The position numbers and the translations under genes are program-made. A stretch of 64,000 bases of DNA from Camelus dromedarius. Taxonomy: Eukaryota. Within the stretch, counting starts at the first letter, position 1. Each line of letters starts with the position of its first letter. The notes beneath the pieces are model-generated. The model was not told the DNA's origin, made no database searches, and saw only the letters and a list, made by a program, of their open reading frames with translations. Location of the stretch: NCBI RefSeq assembly GCF_036321535.1, contig NC_087436.1, forward strand, positions 7,316,001 through 7,380,000, read 5' to 3'. This document shows, one piece after another, positions 51,050 to 63,244 of the stretch.

Positions 51050-51375
51050 CCAATCTTTGCATCCAGATCCATGCCCTGGGTCAGCGGGGTCCTTCCGCTG
51101 CACGTGTTCCTCATCCTTCTTGGACAAGCAGCTTGAGGTCACGTGTTCTCTTAGTGAAGATGGCAGAGATGGGAAAAGGAGGCATTCCCTCCCCGGGCAA
51201 GTTCATATCACACCCCTTTTGTCCAATGATATCACATTGACCAAAACAAGTGCCATGGTCAAGACCAAAGTCAAGGGCTGAGGATACACTATTCACCCTC
51301 CTCTCCCAACGAAGACTCCATCACAGGGGACTGGATGCAGAGAGGTTAAGTCTTGTAGCCAATAAATCTACCACA
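51050..51375 (-). mobile_element. Old MaLR LTR (MLT1J/K-like) fragment
   Basis: CACATTGACCAAAACAAGTGCCATGGTCAAGACCAAAGTCAAGGG MLT1 motif. Confidence 0.6.
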
Positions 51376-52589
51376 GGAAGTCATGGCTACAAAGTTAGAA
51401 CAACCACCTTAGAAGGACTCCATTTATGGAAGAGACTGACGGAGCCAAATTGTTTGGGGGAAGCTGGATGGATACTTCCAGTTCTGGGCTGAATGACAGA
51501 CGGTGAGTATATCAAATCACATCACACCTGGAGCCCGGAATGTTTTTCAGCCTCGAAGGTAATAGTAAAGTGCTTCATAACCCAAACTAACAGATTTGGT
51601 TCTGGAAAACATTTCTTCTTGCTCTGTGATGCATTTTCAAGTTATTGAAAAGCACGCCTAGTAACAAGCCTTTGGTTACTTTCTCTAACAAGTAATTATC
51701 CTCTTTATAGTCCAGTCTGCTTAGTATATCCCAGCCTCAAAATTATTCATATTTTCTGAAGTGACGACTTTTAGGATGTTCAAGGGAATTCATCAGACAC
51801 ACACATCTATATACCCTGGTTTTATTCCCTCACTCCCCAGCCTGTGTGCACACCTTTTCTCTTAATGGCCAGCATCTCGAGCAGGAAAAAGCAGGCTCTC
51901 ATATCGCTGCCTATTTTTTATTTTTTATTGGGCAACCTGAAAATACCTATGCTCAAGGGCACAATATAATTACACTCACATTTTTCACAATTGACTTCAA
52001 TGTTGAATCAAGATCAGGAGGCAATGCCAACTGTTCCCTATGATTAAAGGAGTGTGGTAATTGGCATTCGGGAACAGGCTTTTTAATTTGAGGAGCTACA
52101 GTCTTTATTGCTGCAGCCGTAGCTGCTACTCTGTTCGTCCTAATCATAACATATTTTTGCTTTTTCTCGGCTACATTTTGCACAAAGAAATTGTTAACTG
52201 AAGGGAAAAAAAAATCTCTTCTACTGTATCATGAGTTTTCAGCAACAGAAAGAAAGCCAGCACATTTTTCATCAATTCCTACCATCTATGTGAAGAAATG
52301 GTTCAAGCTCTATCCATCCGTGGCATTATTCGACTCTAAAGTGGCATCTCTCTGATGTGCACGGGGAACTGTACTTGCTTTTCCAAATTACATACTCTTG
52401 TCATCGTGTGCCTTGAATTCCTGTCATTCCAAGAAGGAATTCTGTCAATAACTCGCTGATATTGAAGTAATATAATTTGTTTATGAAGTACTTAAATTTT
52501 TTTCTCGGTACAACACGTCTCTGACTGTGTGTGTTAAATGTGGAGGTAAGGAAATGGAAGAATGAATTTAAAACCATTTTTATTTAAAT

Positions 52590-52830
52590 GATTAACTTAG
52601 CAAATATATAGCACTTTTTAACCACCAGCACTTTTTAAGTGCTTTAAAAACGTTGATTCTTTTAATCCTCATAATATGATAAAGTATATGCTTTTATTAT
52701 TCCTGTTTTTGCAGAGAAGAAATAGAAGCATGGAGCGATCTTAAAACTTGCTGTTTACAGAGGACCTGGGGTTCAGCCCAGGCACTGGCTTCAGATTGTC
52801 TATATAAACACATTTCTTCATGACAAAACC
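52590..52830 (-). mobile_element. MIR SINE
   Basis: TTTAATCCTCATAA...TTATTATTCCTGTTTTTGCAGAGAAGAAATAGAAGCATGGAG antisense core. Confidence 0.7.
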
Positions 52831-55379
52831 ACTGCTTCCAAAGTCTTTGAATTTCCAGTGTCTTGATACTTTGAATTATTCTCATGAAGACAAGATGAAA
52901 AAAAAATCTATTGCCTAACAGCAACCAGTTAGAACGAATTGCTGATGCAGTAGGTGAGCAGAAAGCAGTGAAAACAGACTGGAAAACAATAAGCCTAAAT
53001 TGATATTATTGACTGTTCTGGAGTTGAAAGTGTGACACACGACAATTTGGAAAATGGATTAAGAGGCTGTTTGGTGAAGTCAAGTATCTATTTAAACTTG
53101 TTGGTACTGAAATTTTAGGGGAAATTTAGTTTAAACATGTGAATGCATGTTCCTTATAATTAATAGGAAGGAGTAGGTAACCACAGTTCAACAGGCTACT
53201 TTGTAATGAGAGTTTAGAACAGCAATGTATACTTTTGTTAATGCAAAGGACACAAGAAGTGATCCTTTAAGTATTAATGGTTTTAATATATATCCGTAGC
53301 TGTATTTTTATTTGTTTTTGGATAATTTCACTTAATGCACTAAAATATTAACTCTATCCGTATTCAGTGTTGAATGATGTTAAGTTTCAATACATACAAG
53401 ATGAGACATGACAAGATTCCCTTAAGCTGCCTACTAGCTATTATGATGTGATACAATGTTTCAAATGAGCATAAATAATTAGTTCAAGCTATGTATTTAT
53501 AGTTCAAACTATGTATTTACGTGATATAGTTAAATACTTAATAAAATGGGAAACTCAAGATACGAGAATGCAGTGTGTGTGTGTGTGTGATGGCTTGTGA
53601 ATGCATTTTCACTGTTTCTGTGTAATTTCTTACAAGTGTAGGAAAGTAAGTATAAATTAAGATCGTATTCACACTTCTATTGGAAGTTTCATCTTTTTGC
53701 CTTTGTTTACATTATTTTAGCTAAAGCCATGAATGATCCCAAGGGAAAAAAAAATCTTTGATAATGTACTTTATTTGTATTTAGATCAGGAATTTTAGAT
53801 CAAGAATTACAACTCCATCAAGAAAGCAAGCACGTGAAAGCGTGTTGTCTGCCTTAAATTACAGTAGCATTTCACATTTTAAAGGATAAGTAGGCTTTAA
53901 ATTGATTGGAAATTTTGTTTTGCTTCCATGACGACAAGGGTCTTCTGTTCATCACTATGTTCTCAGGGCTAGAAGGATGCCTGGCACACAGGAGAGATTC
54001 CACAAATGAATGATGACTTCAAGGATGCAGGCTAAAAGGGCTCTGCATATTAAAAGGTGTCTTTTATCATCACTGTCTGTGAAGTTTGCTTATTTTAAAC
54101 AAACAAAAAATGTTAAGGATTCCTGGGCTTTATCCTGTCATCTTGAAGAATAGTCTTTTTATTTTTTCTTAAGAAAAAGTAGCTCTTATGGTTGAAGCCT
54201 GCAGCAAACTCAAGGGAATAAGTAGTTTTCCCAGCCCCTTAATTTCCTTCACAGAGTTAGATTTTGCTAAATTAGCTATTAGTCAAGTGTAAAGAGAAGA
54301 AGGATCAGAAAGACAGAATTCTATGATCAAGTGCAGTAAAAGAATGAATGGGAATAAAAGTGTGTAACTTGTCGGTTTCTCAGGGGGTTTGAAACTTGGC
54401 TACAGGCTTGTTATGAGGAACTCAGACAAAGCATGAAAAGCCCTGAGCAGAAAAGGACGCTTTGTTTTAGGGCACTAAAAAAACGAAGCAAATACATTCT
54501 AAGAGAGAACTTAGCGAAAACCATCATTGAACATATACGCTCTTTAAAAACAATGATAAAACACCTCTGTCCACAGGTCTTCTTTGTGGAAAAATGCCTA
54601 CAAAATTTTCAGTCTGTTGGAGACAGTTGATGGAATCTGGTAATCTCTTTTATGGACTAACTGCCTTTTTGGGTTTATCAGATTTGTTCATGTGGTCCAG
54701 GTGGAAAGAGTTTGTAGCATTGCTTAGAAGATAATGAAGTTCTCTGACCCGAATCCATGAGAAAAGATAAAGGAATGCAGATTAGCTGGTTCAGAAGATA
54801 AGTCTGAGAGGGTGATGATGTCACTCTTCAGGCATACGGTGAATTATCAGGCAGAGTGAGCTTTCTCTTTCTCGTCTAGTATGGTCAGAAGTGGAATTGA
54901 TCAATCTTTCATCGGGTATATATTGAATGCCTATTTTTTTTTTTGCATAACACTGTGCAGATCCTGTGGACAACACAGAGAAATAAAGATCTCCCCAAGT
55001 GTGCACTAGCAAATGTAGTTTTAAAACCTTGATTATCTGCCACATGTAAGTGTATGAATGTGTACGGCCTCTCCGTGGTTTATTTGGGGGGAGAGAGTAG
55101 CAGCAATTCTAATTTCCATTTTGACAGGAGCCAGAACACCTCCAGATCGTTAGTTCGACATACGACAACCCAGCACAAGGCACATTTTCAGTCTCTTTTG
55201 CAGCTTAAGCTGGTTGTGGCTCTAAGCGCACATGATGACACGTGAACACGAATAGAATGAGTAACCTTAGAAAGTGCGCTTAAAGGGAGGATGTATGTCC
55301 TGTTCTGTCCCACGGGCTGAATTGTAGAGCTGGCTGAGTCTCACAAAGCAGAAGCTGTAAGATGAGGGGACTGAGGTGT

Positions 55380-55554
55380 CCTCACTAGCCTAGATGGCGC
55401 CTTTGGATGAAGTAGAAGAAAGGCATTCCTCATTGCAGACGTTTGTTTCCATTTGTGTAAAATTGTTAATAAAAATCTACAATGTCTGTTATTTGAATGA
55501 CAGGCTTTAGAATTGTGCAGTGCAGAACCTGTACAACTGTACTTGGCAGACCTG
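55380..55554. mobile_element. MER91-like (hAT-Tip100) fragment
   Basis: Terminal TTGTGCAGTGCAGAACCTGTACAACTGTACTTGGCAGACCTG. Confidence 0.55.
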
Positions 55555-56356
55555 CCTGATAATCACCAAGTCACCATAACTGGTCCTGGACCACAAACAC
55601 ATTTTATAAGTTTCTTCTCCAATTTTTAAGTTTTTTTCCCCATCATTCAAGGCTAGACCTATTCCTAATTAAAACACCTTTCTCAAGAATGTAAACTCTT
55701 CTGGATTGAGGATATTATCTACCATTTCCCATCATGTTTTCCAGTTCTTAGAACAGGGCCTGCCACATAGAAGATGCTAAAATATTTATATATCTGTTGG
55801 ATGGCTTATGGAAAAAAAAGAAAGAAAGGAAGAAGGAAAAGGAAGGAAAAAAAAGAGAGGGAAAGGAAGGAAGAACTATTTCTTTATTTGCTAAGGGTTT
55901 GTGGCTCTTTGAAATAATTATTCATTAAACTACTTTCATTAGAATTATGAAAAATGCAATTGTAATTGTAGCATTACCATTCACTACACTTTGTGATTAA
56001 AAAAATTATTTTTTGAGTGATTTTTTTTTATGTGTAAGCTAATCACAGGTTTAAAATAATTTAGAAAAATATTTTGTAAGCCATGGCCTGGCTACCTATG
56101 TATATTAAGTCAATCATACAGGATTTAAATTGTGAATTTAAATTAAAAAATTTTTTGAAGGATAGGCAAAAGAATTAAAGTTCTTTCTGTCAATCCTTTA
56201 GCATTTACCACGCTTGTAAGTGGAACATTGTGCTGGGCATTGTGTAAAACATGCAGCGAGTCTGTGATCGCTGAGCACATTGATTCTTTCTATACATTAT
56301 GAACTAATGGAGAAATTAATAAAGAGTTAAATATGCTTGTTAAAAACGCTTGTTTC

Positions 56357-56500
56357 TACAATATCTTGTAGTAACCTATAATGAAAAAGAATATGAAAAG
56401 GAATGTATGTATGTATATGTAGGACTGAAACATGATGCTGTACACCAGAAATTGACACACATTGTAACTGACTATACTTCAATTTTAAAAAAAAAAAAAG
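56357..56500 (+). mobile_element. L1 3' terminal fragment
   Basis: CAATATCTTGTAGTAACCTATAATG...GACTATACTTCAAT plus poly(A); GCTTGTTTC on both flanks. Confidence 0.88.
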
Positions 56501-57380
56501 GAAGGAAAAATTATGCTTGTTTCATGGGTATTCAAGCTGGATTGGAACATTCAGGCTTCTGAGCTTCCCTTCTGAGGGGGCAGCAAGAGTAGAAGACAGT
56601 GTGTACCTGGATTCTGGGTGGCACTTACCAGGTGTTTCCCAAAACCTTCACATAGCATCTCTGATCAGCACCTGACTCTCCCTGTGTTGCCATGTATGTT
56701 TCTTCACTGTTTATTTTCAACTGCTGATAACATCTTTCCTTGTTTTTCCCATACAGTTTTGGATTTGTTTTTGAATATATTTGTCTTTTCCCTGAAATTC
56801 TGGGACAACTATGAGATAAAAGCATAGGTCAGTTTTTCTTTACATTAGTCTGTATATCAAGTCACTTGGATTTGTGTATTTTTCCCCCTTTTTTATCCCA
56901 CACTTATTCTAATGTAATAACCATAAAGAAAAAATGCATTTATTTCTGCAGTCTTAGCCTAGATGTTTTGCAATGTATTTTATTCTAACCCTTTGTCAAA
57001 ACGTTTCCGACTGAAGTCCATGCCACCTGGAGATAAGAGGAGAGATGGTCAAAGAAAAGTGCTTGAAAGATGTGTTTGATGTGTATGAGCGATTGTGTTT
57101 ATCCGAGCGCTTAAATAATAAAGTAGCATCTCTATGCATGAAGTCAAAAGTTGGCAAAGGCTATTTTGAGATTCAGGGAGAGGCTTTCATTTACGCCCTA
57201 GCCAGCCTTGGTAAGATTTACACAAACACATTTTTAATGTTGATGAGAATTTTCCCAGTGGTGTCACCTCAGATGGGAGGCTGGGAGAGAGCCCTGCTGG
57301 CCTGGGAGCTATAATCCCCAGGAAGAGCAGACCCCACTCTTTCATGGCTTTGTCCTAGCGCAGTGCCCTCGCCAAGCTGC

Positions 57381-57475
57381 TGATCTGTAATAGGGCCACT
57401 TTAACTTTTTATAGAATATATCAATGTTCCTGAGAGTCAGGAGAGAAAAAAAAAAAGTGGCCCTATTACAGATCA
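57381..57475. repeat. Perfect 22-bp inverted repeat with 51-bp spacer
   Basis: TGATCTGTAATAGGGCCACTTT (57381-57402) and AAAGTGGCCCTATTACAGATCA (57454-57475). Confidence 0.95.
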
Positions 57476-57574
57476 ACATGGAAATGATTTAAGCTGCGGA
57501 AAATCTGATTTAGTAACCGACTGTATCTAGCTGTCCAACAAGATGCTATTAGACTTTAGGGAAATTAAAATGAA

Positions 57575-57950
57575 ACCCAAATAATCTTGAACATCTTTTC
57601 ATGTGTCTATTTGCTATCTGTAAAGCATCTTAGGTGAAATGTCTATTGCTTATGTTCTGATTCGATTTTTTTTTTTCACTGTTGAGTTTTGAGAATTCTT
57701 TACCTACTGTAGACACCAGTCCTTTTTCAGATATTTGCAAATACATTTCCCAGCGTGAGGCTTGCTTTTTGTCTTTTCATCCTCTTAACGGTGTGTTTCA
57801 CCAAACAAAAGTTTTAATTTTGATGTCCAGTTTATCCTTTTGTGGACTGTGCTTCTGTGTCAAATCTAAGAATGCTTAGCTGTAGGTCCTCGAGATTTCT
57901 TCCTAGTTTTTTTTCTTCTTAAAGTGTCCTAGTTTTATATGTTATGTATT
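57575..57950 (-). mobile_element. Old L1 ORF2 fragment
   Basis: TTGAACATCTTTTCATGTG...GTTGAGTTTTGAGAATTCTTT...TTTGCAAATACATTTCCCAG. Confidence 0.75.
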
Positions 57951-58749
57951 TAAACTAACTGCCTGGAGTGACAATTTTTAGCAAAAACACCACCTTACAA
58001 TTTCTTTGTGAATGGTGACACACCAGACGTGTTTGGTCACAGTATCATCGTCAAGTTTCTGTGAACACATCTTGCATATTCTGTTCTCAGGTACAGGATG
58101 CTGAGAAGTAGTAGACTGGGAAAGAAATAAACTTCAAGGTTTTGTTAAACTTTCATACCTCGGATTCAACTGATTACATTTTCCCACCTCAACCTGCCTC
58201 CTTTATTGATCTGAGTAACTGAAACAATTTCAAACCAAACACAGGAAACAATATAGTGAAAATGGGGGTGTTCCTTATTCTTTTCTGGAAATGTGACACT
58301 AAAAAATTAGATTTTAGTAGGAGAAAGGTCATTTCATCTTGTAGAATTAGATCTTAAATGCATTTACAGAGAGCTTATTCAGAGATGTCTCAGGAGGAAA
58401 AACAATTCTCGTTTTCATTTTTAATCGAAATACAGGATAACACTTTGACCACATCACGGCTCTCCTCAGGCCACACTTCAGGTCCGATCTTGTTCCACTG
58501 TGACAAGATCAAGTACATCTACAAACTCAGTTCCACATGAATGTCTGATTCTGGATGTTTTTATTTTGCTTGGATTTTGTTTGACACAGAAAACCACACT
58601 GTAAAATTTGGCTTTTAGCCTGAAATGGCTTTCCTTCCATGCCTGCTATGTATTAAAATATGGTTCACTTCCTGACAGCTGACCGAGGATTGGCTTTTTA
58701 ATCTCTCTCAGAAGAAAATTTCCCCCCTTTTAAGTTGCACAAGTTGACC

Positions 58750-59200
58750 ACTCAGCCATAAAAAAGACTGAAATAATGCTATTTGCTGCAACATGGATGG
58801 ACCTAGAGATGATCATACCAAGTGCAGTGAGTCAGACAGAGAAAGACAAATATTATATGATGTTTCATATCTGCGGAATCTAAAATATGATACAAGTGAA
58901 CTTATTTACAAATTAGAAATAATCTCACAGATATAGAAAAGAAACTATGGTTACCAAAGGGGAAAGGAGGGGGAGGAATAAATTAGGAATTTGGGATTAA
59001 CAGATACACACTACTGTATATAAAATAAATAGACAACAAGGTTTTACTGTACAGCACAGGGAACTATATTCAATAGTCTGTAATAACCTATAATAAAAAA
59101 GAATATGAAAAAGAATATATATATGTATCACTGAGTCACTATGCTGTACACCAGAAACTAACACAACATTGTAAATCAACTCGACTTCAATAAAAATAAA
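58750..59200 (+). mobile_element. 5'-truncated L1 3' end
   Basis: ACTCAGCCATAAAAAAG...GCAACATGGATGGACCTAGAG through to AATAAA and tail; degenerate TSD AAGTTGCACAAGTTG / AAATTGCAGAAGCTG. Confidence 0.92.
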
Positions 59201-59293
59201 ATTGCAGAAGCTGTCATTGCAGGGAAGATTCTCATGCCTGTGGAGTCAGAGAATCATTCCATTCAAGTACATCAAACCGTTTAAATAACCTCA

Positions 59294-59312
59294 TTGCCTC
59301 TAGATGGCGCAC
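59294..59312 (+). promoter_or_regulatory. Strong CTCF core motif
   Basis: TTGCCTCTAGATGGCGCAC fits CC(A/T)(C/G)(C/T)AG(A/G)(G/T)GGCGC at all core positions. Confidence 0.6.
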
Positions 59313-60599
59313 TACCACTATTTTTTCTCAGTTTTAGGACAATCTCTGCTTTTTAGTCACCAGGTAGCACCTGGGTCCATTCCCAGTTCCAAGAATCATT
59401 CAATTTTCAGATCCTTTTCTAATCATTTTCTATGTGTCCTGAAGTCGCTTTGGACTTGGGCTACTTTGCTTTGAGTCCCGTTGATGCTCACAGGCCTCAG
59501 TGTTCAACATTCTATGTCAACTGTTGGCAAACAGACTACCCGTTTCCACCTAATACGTTTTATACACACGTACACACACCCTGAAATCATTCACTGGCTA
59601 TTATGTGCTGAATTTTCCTAATAGCATTACTCATATAAATAAAACGTAAGTATATAAATATAAAACAAATTTATTTCATGATATTTCTCAGCTGAATCGT
59701 GTTATATAAGCAAAATATTTACTGCATTTCTATTGAAACTGCCTTTTTATGACATACGTAATTTGCCTCTAACTTACCATTTATAGGAAGGAGATATGAA
59801 TTTGAATGTCAGAAACAATGACAGAAGGGCATTAAGTGTATGTCCATAACCTCCTCATGCATGAATTCTCTACCAAAAAGGAAAGTGAAGGCTCTGTTTC
59901 AAGTGGACCATGAGGCATTTAAAATTTGCTTCCCAGTCCTTTTTAAAGTCAGCTTAATTTCACAATACCATTCCAAGAAAGAGGTTAATTTTGAATTATA
60001 TTTTAAGTGTGACAGGATTTTAAGATCAAACTTAGAGCTTAAATTGATTTCACGAATCAGTCTGTGTGCCGTTTTAAAATACAATCATAGCTGATGTAAA
60101 ATTTCAGGTTGGCTTATTTTTAGTGATGGTAACAAAGTCAGAATACATTAGCACCAGGAACGTTTGCATTGGGGCATAAGAAAATTTTTGGAACTATTAT
60201 TCTCTCTAGACTTAGGGTATTCTTTGAAACGAGATATAATGCAATCATTGTGGCTCGTAAATACATTTTAGAGAAAGAGTCACTTCTGACATATATCAGT
60301 CACATGACTGGGAAGGAGAAACAAGACTTCAAAGGTGCTGGATGCTTTTAGTCACTGAGCCATAAACAGGTTAAACTCGGGAATGATGCTAAAATGTGAC
60401 AGGAGATTTCCATCCTTAAATGTTCTTTATCATTGTTTCTAATACTGAGATTCTATGGGATTTCCAGTGATTCTCTGTATTTCTCTCCAGAACTCCTGAT
60501 TATTGATTTGATCTGATATTTCCTGGAGGAAATAATGTAATTATGTATATATCATGTCTAACATTCTCCTAATTTTTTTTTTTAATAAAATTGATGTGC

Positions 60600-61700
60600 C
60601 TGAGAAAATCTTTGCCAACCACATATCTGACAAAGACCTTATACCTAGACTCTAGAAAGAACTCAGAAAACCCAATAATTAAAATACAAACAGTTTAATC
60701 AGGAAATGGGCTACAGACATTTCACTGAAGAAGATACACAGGTGGCAAGTCATCACATGAAAAAATGTTGAGCATCATTAAACATTAGAAAAGTAAAAAT
60801 TAAAACCACCATGAGATACCCTTATACCCCTATCAGAATGGCTAAAATACAAAACAGTTACCACCCCAGATGCTGACGAGGAGGTAGAAAAACTGAATCA
60901 CTCACAGTTTGCTGGTGAAAAGTGTAATATGGTACAGCCACTCTGGAAAATATTTTGTCAGTTTCTTATAAAAATAAGCATGCAATTGTCATGTGATGTA
61001 GCAATTACACTTGGACATTCATTCTAAAGCAATGACAACCTATATTGAAACACAAACCTGTACGTGGCTGTTGTAGCAGTTTTGTTTGTAATGGCCAAAC
61101 TTCTGTCTAAGGGTGAATGGTTAAAGAAAGTGTGGTCTGGCCATACTGTGGAATATTACTCAGCCATGAAAAAGAACAAACTATTGCTACATGGAACAAC
61201 CTGGATGAAAGAGCAGAGAATTATGCTGAGTCAAATCATAAAAGGTTAGATACTGCATGATTCCATTTATAGAACATTCTGAAAATAAGAACATGACAGA
61301 GATGGAAAACAGACAGTTGCTTAGAGAGTTAGGAATGGGGGAGTGGGTGTAGTTATGAAGGAGTGCAATGTGAGCTTTGTGTTGATGGAACTGTTCCGTG
61401 TCTTGATTGTGGTAGTGGTTTCTTGAATCTATACGTTTGATGATACTGCATGAACATACACACACACACACATGCGCACACACATGCCAAACTGATGAAA
61501 TGTGAATAAACTCTGTGGATTGTGTCAAGGCCAATTTCCTGGTCTTAAAACTTCGTATGGTTGTGCAAGATGTTAAAACCGAAGAAGGATGAATGGATAA
61601 AAAAGGTTCTTAAGTAATTTTTGAATGCTTTTTTTTTTTTTGCAACTTCTTATAAATATACAATGATTTCAAAATAAAAAGTAAAAAAAAAAAAAACAAA
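60600..61700 (+). mobile_element. L1MC/MD-like ORF2 3' end and 3'UTR
   Basis: GAAAATCTTTGCCAACCACATATCTGACAAAG; VWSGHTVEYYSAMKKNKLLLHGTTWM; A-tail; TGATGTGC on both flanks. Confidence 0.88.
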
Positions 61701-62884
61701 ACCCTGATGTGCTTATATCTCCTGGAAATCAGTCCATGCTAATCTCTCAGAGATTAAACTATTTTCTATTTTGAGGCTATTATTATTGTTGTGATAATTA
61801 TATCAAAAGGAACACAATTATTAGATACAAAAGTATTACATGCAAAAATGTTTTGTTTGAATAATTTTCTTCAGGAATCTGTACTCCCTTCAGTCTTTTA
61901 ATAGTCTATGACAGCTTTCACTTGCTAGTTTCTTAGGATTCTATTTCCCTGTCATATACGAGGTGTAACTTGTCCTTTTTTTCTTCTCCGTTTGATCTAG
62001 ATGGTGTTATTTAGATCCTGCTCTTAAAACACCCCTCAAAATAGTACGAATCAAAAGTGAAGAAACACGACATCCTGCATACAGACTTTCATGATCCTGG
62101 CAGAATTCTTAATGTATCTTTTGTGAAAAAGTTAACTTTGTTTCAAAATTAATTTCTCATCTAATACCATTGGTATTACTAGAAATTTCCTAAATAAGTG
62201 TCTAACAAAATATAAATAGGTGACCCAAAAAGAAAGAATTCTGATTCTCTAAAGACTGACTTTGAATCACAGTTATCATGGCAACAACAAAACTGTGGCT
62301 TTGCAAAATGATCATTTATTTTAGAAGCATGGAACTTCAACATTTTGGATCTTATGCGATATGACAATGAATCTCCTTTGAGACTGGTCTTGAATTCAGG
62401 ATGTATTTCTGGGCCAAAATTGCCAGTTTGGAAGCAATTAACAATTTTTGACCTATTTACAGACCTCTCCAGGTTTTCTTCACTTTCACTTTATTCTTTC
62501 TGTCTTTCGTCTCTCCATCCTGAGAAGCTTTGGGATGAGCTTTTCAAACTTTCTGACAAATGACTGCTCTGAGAGGAGACCACATCTCCTTCCTGCTCAG
62601 AGAACGAGCTACTGTGTGTATGACCCAGAGGTCAGCCGTCAGAACTGGACCCAAGAGGCGTTTACTAAGCGTCCTCCAGTCGTGAGTGTGGGAGAGGCCG
62701 CAGGGAGGGCTGGGCTGGGGTGTTGGGGTAGAGAGGATAAAATGGCTAAAACACATACCAAAATGGACAGAGTATGTTTTCAGTGTTGCCCATCCGGCTG
62801 TATCTTAGGCTGGACATTGAAATTTCTCCATATTAATTCAGGAAAAAACCCTATAATTTAAAAACTTTAGACACGTCAAGATGA

Positions 62885-63120
62885 TTGCATTTAGAATCGG
62901 AAGATCTGGGTTAGATCACTGCCTTTCTAATGTTCCAGCCTTAAGTGATCTTAAGTGAGTTAACCTTGTGTTCTTCAATATTCCCATCTGTAAAGTGAGG
63001 CTTATAATGCGGTCCTAAATGGCTTTCATGAAGATTTCATGAGGATTAATATGTTAATGTACATGTGAATACAGTTTCAAAATATTAAGGTCTATTTAAA
63101 TATAAGATGCTATTGCTTTT
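62885..63120 (+). mobile_element. MIR SINE
   Basis: TTAGAATCGGAAGATCTGGGTT...GTGATCTTAAGTGAGTTAACC...CCCATCTGTAAAGTGAGG. Confidence 0.65.
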
Positions 63121-63141
63121 TCACAATCATTATACTGTAGT

Positions 63142-63186
63142 TAACGTAAATTTATGTAACGTAAATTTATGTAACGTAATTTTATG
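63142..63186 (+). repeat. 15-bp tandem repeat, three copies
   Basis: TAACGTAAATTTATG / TAACGTAAATTTATG / TAACGTAATTTTATG. Confidence 0.95.
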
Positions 63187-63244
63187 CAAATTTACACGTG
63201 TGCTTGTGTGTGAAAATTTGCTTCCTGAAGGCTGAGACTAGAAC

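Noticed and set aside
58486..58510. 8-bp inverted repeat GATCTTGT...ACAAGATC
   Set aside because: Short enough to be expected by chance in 64 kb and has no supporting context.
63142..63186. CRISPR-like array
   Set aside because: Head-to-tail repeats with no spacers, eukaryotic context and no cas genes.
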